A DNA stretch of 32,000 bases from Rhizobium helianthi (GTDB lineage Bacteria > Pseudomonadota > Alphaproteobacteria > Rhizobiales > Rhizobiaceae). The DNA lies in the NCBI RefSeq assembly GCF_042680945.1, contig NZ_JBHUEQ010000003.1:88804-120803 (forward strand), written 5' to 3'. A program made the translations under genes and the position numbers. Below the pieces are notes generated by a model. It worked only from the letters and a program-made list of their open reading frames with translations, searched no databases and had not been told where the DNA came from. This document shows, piece after piece, positions 16,856-24,117 of the stretch. The first letter of the stretch is position 1, and the number at the start of each line of letters is the position of its first letter.

Positions 16856-18089
16856 TGCTTCACCATTGCAGCCGGGTGACGAAGTTACCCATGAGACATT
16901 CGGCCCCGCCACAGTCGAGCGCGCCGGTTCATTCACCTCTCTAATTGTGACGGTCGGCGGCACAAAGGAAATTGTTGCCAACAGCGGGCTGAAGGTCGTC
17001 AAACTGAAGGCGGCAAACGACAACACGCGGGCCGCCGACACATTTCCCTTGGTTAATCCGGCGCAATGGCATGGCCAGCCAATCCCGCCGCGGCAGTGGT
17101 TTATCGAGGATCTTATCCCGATGGGCCAGGTCACCTTACTTTCGGGGGACGGTGGTGTCGGCAAGTCGCTGCTGGCGCTTCAACTTGCAGCAGCCGCGGC
17201 CATGTCGCTGGACACCTTAAATCTTGAACCGTGGGCAGGTCGCGCCTTGTATGTCGGCGCTGAAGACGATCAGGACGAGTTCCTGCGGCGCCTGGCCGAC
17301 ATCACCAAGGCGCACGGCAAGGATCTGGACCATTTGCTTTTGCTGCGGCTGGTTCCGCTTGCCGAGCGGGACGCGCTGCTCTCCGTTCCCAACAAAAGTG
17401 GCACGATGGAGCCGACTCCTCTTTGGCGCGGCATCGCTTCCTTTGCGGCGGAATTCACGCCGCGTCTTATCGTGTTGGATACGAGCGCGGATTTGTTTGG
17501 CGGCGACGAGATCAAGCGCGCGCAGGTCCGCCAATTCATCGCAATGCTTCGCAAGCTTGCCATTGAGCTGCAGTGCGCCATCGTTCTGCTGTCACACCCA
17601 TCGGTACAGGGAATGCAGACCGGCACCGGCATTTCCGGGTCCACCGGCTGGTCCAATAGCGTTCGTTCGCGGCTGTATCTGACGCGGGACAAGGACGACG
17701 CCGACTTGCGAATTCTGAAGGTTATGAAATCGAACTATGGCGAAGCCGGCAAGGAGCTTCGACTACGCTGGAAGGATGGTGCTTTTGTCCTAGACGATGG
17801 CAAGCCGAACGTTGGATCAATGCTATTGGCTGCAAAGGCCGACCGCGTTTTTATTGAAACGCTCGCAAAGCTATTTCAGCAAGGCCAGAAGCTGAGCCCT
17901 AGCCCATCAGCAACTTATGCACCGAAGCTCATCGCCGCGCACCCCGATGGCGCTGGAATATCGAAAAAGGAACTGGTGGCGGCACAGCAGCGACTACTTG
18001 ACGCGAGACGAATCCGAATCGTCGAGGACGGTCCAGCATCGCGCCGCACGCGGCATCTTGTGGTGTCTGAAAGCGAGATTTCAGACTGA
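16830..18089 (+). CDS. RepA-like / AAA_25 (RecA-DnaB superfamily) replication ATPase with an N-terminal Tudor-like (UvrD C-terminal-like) segment
   Basis: It has Walker A LLSGDGGVGKS, Walker B RLIVLDTSADLF, and the SHPS motif typical of RepA/AAA_25 proteins. The N-terminal GDEVTHETFGPATVE resembles the GxxVxHxxFGxGxV motif of PcrA/UvrD C-terminal Tudor domains. Confidence 0.75.
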   Translation: MSALAKQPDASPLQPGDEVTHETFGPATVERAGSFTSLIVTVGGTKEIVANSGLKVVKLKAANDNTRAADTFPLVNPAQWHGQPIPPRQWFIEDLIPMGQVTLLSGDGGVGKSLLALQLAAAAAMSLDTLNLEPWAGRALYVGAEDDQDEFLRRLADITKAHGKDLDHLLLLRLVPLAERDALLSVPNKSGTMEPTPLWRGIASFAAEFTPRLIVLDTSADLFGGDEIKRAQVRQFIAMLRKLAIELQCAIVLLSHPSVQGMQTGTGISGSTGWSNSVRSRLYLTRDKDDADLRILKVMKSNYGEAGKELRLRWKDGAFVLDDGKPNVGSMLLAAKADRVFIETLAKLFQQGQKLSPSPSATYAPKLIAAHPDGAGISKKELVAAQQRLLDARRIRIVEDGPASRRTRHLVVSESEISD

Positions 18090-18129
18090 CCTTCAGACTA
18101 CCTTCAGACCCCTTCAGACCCCTTCAGAC
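18080..18129 (+). repeat. iteron-like direct repeats: five TTCAGAC cores (four as CCTTCAGAC); candidate origin
   Basis: The cores start at 18080, 18092, 18103, 18113 and 18123, giving spacings of 12, 11, 10 and 10 bp. The array straddles the stop codon of the RepA-like gene. Confidence 0.7.
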
Positions 18130-18164
18130 TGCCCTGTCCACACACCCCCTTGTACCCCCTGTAG

Positions 18165-18202
18165 GGTGTGAAGGGGTTTCACACCCGCCCCTGACGGGCG
18201 GG
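18165..18202 (+). terminator. two overlapping GC-rich hairpins after the replication gene (possible terminator or origin structure)
   Basis: The first hairpin is GGTGTGAA (18165-18172) / TTCACACC (18178-18185). The second is CCCGCCC (18184-18190) / GGGCGGG (18196-18202). No T-run follows either. Confidence 0.35.
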
Positions 18203-18289
18203 CTTACCCTTCACGCCCATAGCCGACCCGCCGCCAAGAGCGGGCGGCCCGCAACAACCAACCGGAGGAGATTACCAGGATGAAAACAA

Positions 18290-18499
18290 ATGTTTGCAGT
18301 GACACCATATATCGCCGAGCGCCCCATGTGGGTGGAGCAACCTAACGGCAAGGTCAAACAAGAATGGGCGCCCTGCCGTGTCATCGGCATCACCAAGGAC
18401 GATGACGGCGACCCCGCGTTCGTCGTGGAATTCGCTTCAAGCGGCTCGGTCTTCCTGGCCGTTGAAAGTGAAATCAGACGGCGGGGTGATGTTCTGTGA
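18290..18499 (+). CDS. hypothetical small protein (69 aa), uncertain
   Basis: The ORF has plausible codon usage. However, the nearest SD (GGAGGAG, 18264-18270) better serves an out-of-frame ATG at 18279 that opens only a 21-codon ORF. Confidence 0.35.
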   Translation: MFAVTPYIAERPMWVEQPNGKVKQEWAPCRVIGITKDDDGDPAFVVEFASSGSVFLAVESEIRRRGDVL

Positions 18500-18607
18500 T
18501 TGCGGCCCGACAATCTCGCGCGAGCAATCAAGAATTATGTGGCGTGACTGTCCCTTTCTTCATTTCCGCAGGGTGTAACAGTGAAGGTGTCGCGCCGCGA
18601 CCTTGCC

Positions 18608-18630
18608 GCCTGAGTACGGACTGGCACACC
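18608..18630 (+). repeat. 23-bp perfect direct repeat, copy 1 (GCCTGAGTACGGACTGGCACACC)
   Basis: It is identical to 18818-18840, exactly 210 bp downstream. Confidence 0.9.
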
Positions 18631-18817
18631 CCGCGGCGCGGTAGGTGTGGGAAGCAATTGCTTTCAGAAATCCCACCCCCATTGCTACCTGAGTGTACAC
18701 TCAAACCGCGACGCCACGGGCAACATAAAGCGAAGCCAGTTGGCGTGACGCATGCGCCGAATGTCGCCAGAGTGACTAGGGGCAGGAAGCAAACGCTTCC
18801 AGAAATCCCCCATAGCA

Positions 18818-18840
18818 GCCTGAGTACGGACTGGCACACC
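18818..18840 (+). repeat. 23-bp perfect direct repeat, copy 2
   Basis: It is identical to 18608-18630. Confidence 0.9.
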
Positions 18841-19100
18841 TCCCGACTGACTAGGGGTGAGACCACCGGCATCGGTGCGAGTACGTACCCAAACCCTGAA
18901 TTTGCGGGCAGTATTATAGACGCAGCATAGGGTCCGCCACGCGCACTGAAGTCACCAAGGGGTGAGCCGTCTTTTTTCTTTTGCCGCTCCCGGATGTACG
19001 GACGGCAATTAGATCCGCCAGCGCGCTGCGCGCTGCTGGTGTCGATCGAGCCGCAGCGGTGGTTATTCCTTTTCACCGCTGCGGCCACCGTTCCAGATCA

Positions 19101-19137
19101 CCGCCCAGCCTCTTTTGGGGTTGGCGGCTTTATTTTT
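19101..19137 (+). terminator. putative rho-independent terminator immediately upstream of the morphogenesis operon
   Basis: Stem CCGCC (19101-19105) / GGCGG (19123-19127) with additional imperfect pairing, followed by CTTTATTTTT. A 10-bp hairpin precedes it, GCCGCAGCGG (19050-19059) / CCGCTGCGGC (19076-19085). Confidence 0.45.
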
Positions 19138-19174
19138 GCCCAATCGAAAAACTAACCGTTGATAGGAGGCCTCA

Positions 19175-19594
19175 ATGGCCTGGACTTCTCGCGACTTCAG
19201 TGTCGCAGAGGCCGCGCAATGCGTTGGCCTCCACCGCACGCACCTTGACGTCATCATCTCTCGCGCCAACCCGCTCGCCACGCTCTTTTCCGAAAAGCGG
19301 AAAGGGCGGCGCTGGTTTTCGGTGCGCGATATCACAGTTCTCCGGATTGCCTACGAACTGGAACGCGCCGGACGTGCCTGGAATACGGCGATTGCGCAGG
19401 CTTTCGAACACACCGGCACGCAGCCGCCCCCGGACGCGCTTCTGGTGGTTCCTGTCGCCAGTGTGTCGGCAACGTCAGGACGCGTTCTAACGGGCCTCCC
19501 TGACCCGCTGCCGTCGTCGTCTTTCATCACCGTTCCCATAGGGCGCATTGCCGCCGAAATAATGGAGGCAATCGATGCCCTGGCCATTCAGTAA
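19175..19594 (+). CDS. MerR-like HTH protein (possible late-gene regulator)
   Basis: GGAGG lies upstream of ATG 19175. The segments FSVAEAAQCVGLHRTHLDVIIS and WFSVRDITVLRIAYELERAG fit a MerR-type HTH-wing pattern. The 3' end overlaps the portal start by 20 nt. Confidence 0.55.
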   Translation: MAWTSRDFSVAEAAQCVGLHRTHLDVIISRANPLATLFSEKRKGRRWFSVRDITVLRIAYELERAGRAWNTAIAQAFEHTGTQPPPDALLVVPVASVSATSGRVLTGLPDPLPSSSFITVPIGRIAAEIMEAIDALAIQ

Positions 19595-20765
19595 GCCGGC
19601 GCCTGCCGTAGTCATCGAAGAGAAATCCCTTGGCGATCCAACCGCCGAACTGCTCGAATTGTTCGGCGCCATCCCCGCCGGCACGACGATCAGCAACGCG
19701 GAAGCCTTGTCAGTGCCAGCCGTGTCCGCTGCCGTTCGCATCATCTCGGAAGCCGCGGCAAGCCTGGACGTCAAGTTGAAGCGGAAAGTCGGCGGTTCCG
19801 AAACGGACGTTGAAGACCATCCGGCGATGAAGCTTCTAACCGGGCAAGCGAACGGCTGGACGTCCGGATTCGAGATCATCCGCGATTTGGTGGCCGGCGC
19901 GCTCACCAAGGATCAAGGCGGAGTTGCCTACGTGACGAAAGTCAACGGCGAACCGCGCGAAATCATCCAGTATCGCGACGGCGTTTTCACCGTTGATTAC
20001 GACGACGTAACAGGCGAGCCGAAATACAGGATAAGCGGCCAGCCGGTTGCTGCGGGCTACGTGCTGCATGTTCGCGGGCCGTTCACGAAGTGTCCCCTTA
20101 CGATGGCCCGCAGCGCGATTGCCACGGCAAGCGCAATGGAGGCGTACGCCAATGGCCTGTGGTCGAATGGTGCGCGTCCGGGCGGGGTTATCGAAAGCCC
20201 TAAGGCCATTGGTGCAAAGTCGGCCCGCGAAATCTTGGCCGGTTGGAAAGCCGCTTTTGGTGGTTCCGCCAACGCAGGAAAGACCGGTCTGCTTTGGGAC
20301 GGAATGACCTACAAGCAAATGGCGCTGACGTCGGTTGACGGCGAGTTCACGGCCAGCCGCACGTTCCAGATTTTGGAAATTGCCCGCGCCTTCCGTGTGC
20401 CGCCAGGCATGCTTTATGAGCTCTCTCGCAATGTCTGGGGTAATTCCGAGCAACAGGGCAAAGAGTTCATTTCATACACACTAATCCCATGGCTGCGGAT
20501 CCTTGAGGGCGCATTTAACCGCGCGCTGCTCACCGATGCCGAGCGTGTCGAATATCGGTTCATGTTCGATATCGATGACACCAGCCAAGCAGATCTAACC
20601 GCTCGCGCCACTTCGATTTCCACGCTTATCACGGCACGCGTGATGAACCCCAACGAAGCGCGCGAATGGCTTGGCATGCCACCTCGCGACGGTGGCGACG
20701 TTTTCGCAAATCCCGCCATCGACACCGCGCCAGCCAATGACAATCAACCAAAGGAGGCGGCGTGA
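19575..20765 (+). CDS. phage portal protein, HK97 family
   Basis: 396 aa with typical HK97-type portal blocks (..PAVSAAVRIISE.., GGVIE.P, LLWDGMTYKQM, LEIARAFRVPP.ML, PWL..LE). Confidence 0.9.
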   Translation: MPWPFSKPAPAVVIEEKSLGDPTAELLELFGAIPAGTTISNAEALSVPAVSAAVRIISEAAASLDVKLKRKVGGSETDVEDHPAMKLLTGQANGWTSGFEIIRDLVAGALTKDQGGVAYVTKVNGEPREIIQYRDGVFTVDYDDVTGEPKYRISGQPVAAGYVLHVRGPFTKCPLTMARSAIATASAMEAYANGLWSNGARPGGVIESPKAIGAKSAREILAGWKAAFGGSANAGKTGLLWDGMTYKQMALTSVDGEFTASRTFQILEIARAFRVPPGMLYELSRNVWGNSEQQGKEFISYTLIPWLRILEGAFNRALLTDAERVEYRFMFDIDDTSQADLTARATSISTLITARVMNPNEAREWLGMPPRDGGDVFANPAIDTAPANDNQPKEAA

Positions 20766-22294
20766 CCGTCGAATTTCTAGAGTTCAAGGCCGCCTTCACG
20801 GCGGATGACACCGGCCTCGTCGAAGGCAAGGCCTGGGACTTTTCCAGCGCTGACCGCGTTGGCGACATCATTGAGCCTGCAGCCTTCGCCAGTGCCATCG
20901 GCAAGTCTCTCCCCATGCTCTTCGCTCATGACCAGGCGCAGGTCGTCGGCACGTGGGAAAGCGTCGCCGTTGAGGCGGACGGCCTGAAGGTCAAAGGCAG
21001 GCTGCTCGTCGACGACGTCGCACGGGCCAAGGAAGTTCGTGCGCTTCTGCGTGCGAAGTCGGTCACGGGGCTGTCTGTCGGCTTCATGACGAAAAAGGCG
21101 GCGCCTCGCAAAGGTGGCGGCCGCACCATCACCGACCTGGACCTCATGGAAGTGTCCCTCGTCGCAATCCCCGCGCACCCAGGCGCGCTAATCTCTTCCG
21201 TGAAGGAATTCCCCATGACCACCGAAACCAAGACCATTGAAGATCTGGCCGTCGAGCTCAAGGCTGCAAACGACAACATCCTGGCCGTTACCAAGCGGCT
21301 CGAAACCGCCGAAACCGCATTGGCACGACCTAACATTCTCCGCGCTGCGAACGACAATGAACCCACTCCGGAACGCAAGGCCTTCACCGGCTTCCTGCGT
21401 CATGGCGTCGAACGTATGGACGCAACCGAGGTCAAGGCGCTTGTCGTGTCCGACGACACCCGCGGCGGCTATTTGGCGCCTGCAGAGTTTCAGACGGAAA
21501 TCCTGAAGAACCTTGTTGAATACAGCCCGGTTCGCATGGCAGCCCGCGTTGGTTCTACCGCTGCCTCGTCGGTCATCCTGCCGAAGCGCACCGGCACGCC
21601 GACGGCAAGCTGGGTCGGAGAAGTAGAAACCCGCAGCGAGACCAACTCGACATATGGTCAGGTTGAGATTCCCGTTCACGAAATGGCCGCCTATGTCGAC
21701 GTGTCCGTCCAACTTCTTGAGGACGCGGCCATCAACGTCGAAGCCGAAGTCGCCAGTGACCTCGCAGAAGAGTTCGGCCGTCTTGAAGGTGTCGCACTGG
21801 TCAACGGCAACGGCTTCAAAAAGCCCACAGGCATCATGTCCGCGGCCGGCATCACGGAGGTTATCTCTGGTTCCGGCACCGCTATCACTGCGGATAGCCT
21901 CATCAGCCTCATGTATGATCTCCCGGCATTCTATCGCAACAACGGCGCTTGGATGATGAATGGCACAACTCTTGCCGCCATCATGAAACTGAAGGACTCC
22001 ACGAACCAGTATTTGTGGCAACCAAGCTATCAGGCAGGCCAGCCGTCGCTTCTTCTCGGGCGTCCCATTGTAGAAGCAATCGACATGCCGGACATTGCCG
22101 CCGACGCGTTCCCGATCGTTTTTGGCGACTTCAACCGTGCTTACCGAATTTATGACCGTGTCGCGATGTCGATGCTGCGTGATCCATACACGCAGGCCAC
22201 CACCGGGAAGGTTCGGTTCCATGCACGGCGCCGCGTCGGTGCCGACGTCGTGATGGCTGAAGCGCTGCGCAAGCTGAAGGTTTCGGCATCCTAA
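20762..22294 (+). CDS. HK97-family prohead protease (S78) fused in frame to an HK97-family major capsid protein
   Basis: The GTG start overlaps the portal stop (GTGA). Residues 1-150 carry the protease motifs LFAHD (His) and GLSVGF (Ser). The region from residue 152 (MTTETKTIEDL...) has a coiled delta-like segment and then the HK97 MCP pattern. An internal GAAGGA plus ATG at 21215 could also start the capsid protein separately. Confidence 0.88.
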   Translation: MTVEFLEFKAAFTADDTGLVEGKAWDFSSADRVGDIIEPAAFASAIGKSLPMLFAHDQAQVVGTWESVAVEADGLKVKGRLLVDDVARAKEVRALLRAKSVTGLSVGFMTKKAAPRKGGGRTITDLDLMEVSLVAIPAHPGALISSVKEFPMTTETKTIEDLAVELKAANDNILAVTKRLETAETALARPNILRAANDNEPTPERKAFTGFLRHGVERMDATEVKALVVSDDTRGGYLAPAEFQTEILKNLVEYSPVRMAARVGSTAASSVILPKRTGTPTASWVGEVETRSETNSTYGQVEIPVHEMAAYVDVSVQLLEDAAINVEAEVASDLAEEFGRLEGVALVNGNGFKKPTGIMSAAGITEVISGSGTAITADSLISLMYDLPAFYRNNGAWMMNGTTLAAIMKLKDSTNQYLWQPSYQAGQPSLLLGRPIVEAIDMPDIAADAFPIVFGDFNRAYRIYDRVAMSMLRDPYTQATTGKVRFHARRRVGADVVMAEALRKLKVSAS

Positions 22295-22341
22295 TCAGCC
22301 ATCGGGCGGCCTAGCGCTGCCCTTCCTCCGTTTGGAAAGGA

Positions 22342-22734
22342 ATGACCATGCGCGATCTTTCGCATAATCTAGGCGTCGTTCAGGCGCTCGCCCCCCAGGT
22401 GCTTTCGGCTACCGACACCAGCGCGGCCATCGACCTAATCGGTTTCGATTCCGCTGCCGTCGTCATCAGTACGGGCGCCATCGTTTCCTCTGGCAATTTC
22501 ACTGCGAAGCTCCAGGAGTCGGACACGACGACTTCCGGCGATTTCAGCGACGTTGCTGCTGCCGACCTGATTGGCACGCTGCCCACCGCGCTGGCTGCGT
22601 CGTCTGTCTACAAGCAAGGATACGTCGGCAACCGCCGTTACATCCGCCTGGTGACCACGAAGAATTCCGGCACGTCCATTGCGGTCGGTGCCGTGGTCGT
22701 TAAGGGCCATGCTGCTTCGCGGCCTGTAGCATAA
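22342..22734 (+). CDS. hypothetical head-module protein
   Basis: 130-aa ORF directly after the capsid gene with GGAAAGGA upstream. An alternative ATG lies at 22348. No family was recognised. Confidence 0.55.
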   Translation: MTMRDLSHNLGVVQALAPQVLSATDTSAAIDLIGFDSAAVVISTGAIVSSGNFTAKLQESDTTTSGDFSDVAAADLIGTLPTALAASSVYKQGYVGNRRYIRLVTTKNSGTSIAVGAVVVKGHAASRPVA

Positions 22735-22916
22735 CCTATCGGCGGGGGTATCCGAGGTTGCGCCGCGCGACCTAAAGAACGTGCGCGCCCGCCATCGACA
22801 TCATCGCGCGCGTTTACGCGGAAGTGGGGAGTTGTGACCCCTGCGCACGAGGCGGCTGCTTCGCCTCGCTGGCCGTCAGGGTGATCCTGGCGGCCTTGCA
22901 CCTAGAGGATCAATCA

Positions 22917-23270
22917 ATGGTCAACGTCATCTGTCCGTGCGGCTTTGCGGTACCGAAAGGCACGCGCTGCGACTGCAGCCAACGACGCGCCACAGCACGA
23001 CAGAAGGCCGCTGATGCGGCCCGTGGTAGCGCGGCGGCTAGAGGATACACCGGCAAGTGGGCTCAAGAGTCCAAGGCGTGGCTTGCTGCGCTTGGAAGCC
23101 CGCTGTGTGCCTGCGGATGCGGACAGGCTGCGAATATGGTGGACCACATCATAGCGCCGAAAGGTGACAAGCGATTGTTCTGGTCACGCTCCAATTGGCA
23201 GCCTTATCGCGATACATGCAACCGTCGGAAGGCGATCAAGTCTGAAGGTGCGTTTGGGCGAAAGCCGTGA
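22917..23270 (+). CDS. HNH endonuclease (phage packaging-associated type)
   Basis: The start is set at ATG 22917 (MVNVICPCG...), preceded by GAGGA. It has Cys-rich zinc motifs (CPCG, CDC, CACGCG) and the HNH core VDHIIP..G......NWQ..C..CN..K. Confidence 0.8.
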   Translation: MVNVICPCGFAVPKGTRCDCSQRRATARQKAADAARGSAAARGYTGKWAQESKAWLAALGSPLCACGCGQAANMVDHIIAPKGDKRLFWSRSNWQPYRDTCNRRKAIKSEGAFGRKP

Positions 23271-23414
23271 CGCTGGTTTGCATCCAAGGCCAAACAGGCC
23301 CAGGCGGGTCGACCAACGCCACAACCGGGGGGTCGGTCGTCAATTTCCCGCAAACCACCTGGGACCAGCGTGGGCACGTCGCTCTCGATTCACTCTAAAT
23401 GGGAATTTCAACCT

Positions 23415-23705
23415 ATGGCAATCGTCTCTTTGGCTGACGTAAAGGAGCATCTGCGTCTGCTCCATGACGACGACGACGCACTAATTGAGGACCAGATTCC
23501 GGCTGCCGTCGCTCACCTTGAGACGCTGCTGGGATATGTCATCGAAGAAGAATTTACCACCGTTCCCGACGATCTGAAACAGGCCGTTCGCGCGCTGGTT
23601 GCTCACTGGTACGAAAACCGGGAAGCAACTGGCGAAAACCTATTCGAAGCGCCGTTCGGAGTTTGGGAAATCGTGCGCGAACGGCGCAGCTACGCATGGG
23701 AGTAG
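23415..23705 (+). CDS. gp6-like head-tail connector protein
   Basis: The start is set at ATG 23415. MAIVSLADVKEHLRLLHDDDDALIEDQIPAAVAHLE...AVRALVAHWYENRE is the characteristic Phage_gp6 (DNA-packaging/head-tail connector) pattern. Confidence 0.8.
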   Translation: MAIVSLADVKEHLRLLHDDDDALIEDQIPAAVAHLETLLGYVIEEEFTTVPDDLKQAVRALVAHWYENREATGENLFEAPFGVWEIVRERRSYAWE

Positions 23706-23709
23706 GCCG

Positions 23710-24117
23710 ATGACACGAGGACGTAAGCCCGATTTCGTCACGATAGACGGCGCGCTCACAAAGGCGCCAGCCGCTCCCTCGTGGCTGCCTACGCATGCCA
23801 AATCCGAATGGCGACGCATCATGCCGCGCCTCGTGCAGGGAGGCCGGATCGCGAACCATGAGCTCTCTACGGTCGAAGACTATTGCCTCTGCGTGGCCCG
23901 CAAGCGCGAGGCTGAAGCGGTCCTGCAGGCCGAGGGGCTGACCTACCTGTCGCCCACGGGCGAGCTCAAGCGCCGGCCAGAAACAACCATTATCAAAGAA
24001 GCAATCGAGGCCAGCCGCCGGCTCGCCAGCGAGCTCGGACTTACGCCTGCAGCGCGGGCGCGAAATAAGGGAGGCGCCGCAATCGATGACGAAGACGACG
24101 CCTTATCTTCCATCTAG
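23710..24117 (+). CDS. terS: phage terminase small subunit, P27 family
   Basis: The start is set at ATG 23710, with GGGAG 7 nt upstream. MTRGRKP......AP.WL...A..EW.R..P.L...G......D...L..YC is the typical P27-family TerS pattern. Confidence 0.85.
   Translation: MTRGRKPDFVTIDGALTKAPAAPSWLPTHAKSEWRRIMPRLVQGGRIANHELSTVEDYCLCVARKREAEAVLQAEGLTYLSPTGELKRRPETTIIKEAIEASRRLASELGLTPAARARNKGGAAIDDEDDALSSI

Larger units (their letters stand above)
18588..18895 (+). repeat. modular repeat/palindrome array; candidate structured ncRNA or multi-site protein-binding region
   Basis: There are four modules, each a stem-loop or palindrome followed by a (CCT)GAGT(A/G)...ACC tail. The palindromes are GTCGCGcCGCGAC (18589), AAGCAATTGCTT (18652), GGAAGCaaacGCTTCC (18785) and CACCGgcatCGGTG (18864). 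The tails alternate as GAGTACGGACTGGCACACC (18612), GAGTGTACACTCAAACC (18691), GAGTACGGACTGGCACACC (18822) and GAGTACGTACCCAAACC (18879). No convincing ORF covers the region. Confidence 0.6.

Noticed and set aside
18608-18840. Possible CRISPR array suggested by the perfect 23-bp repeats.
   Set aside because: There are only two perfect copies, 210 bp apart, which is far longer than a spacer. The intervening sequence is itself repetitive and structured, and no cas genes lie nearby.
18496-19088. ORFs of 144 aa (plus strand) and 186 aa (minus strand) spanning the repeat array.
   Set aside because: Their composition is Arg/Cys/Pro-rich and not protein-like, and they have no SD. Both frames simply read through repeated and palindromic DNA, so the region is treated as non-coding.
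21188-22222. A 344-aa minus-strand ORF opposite the capsid gene.
   Set aside because: It is antisense to the HK97-type capsid coding frame and has no recognisable motifs. It would also break the unidirectional structural operon.
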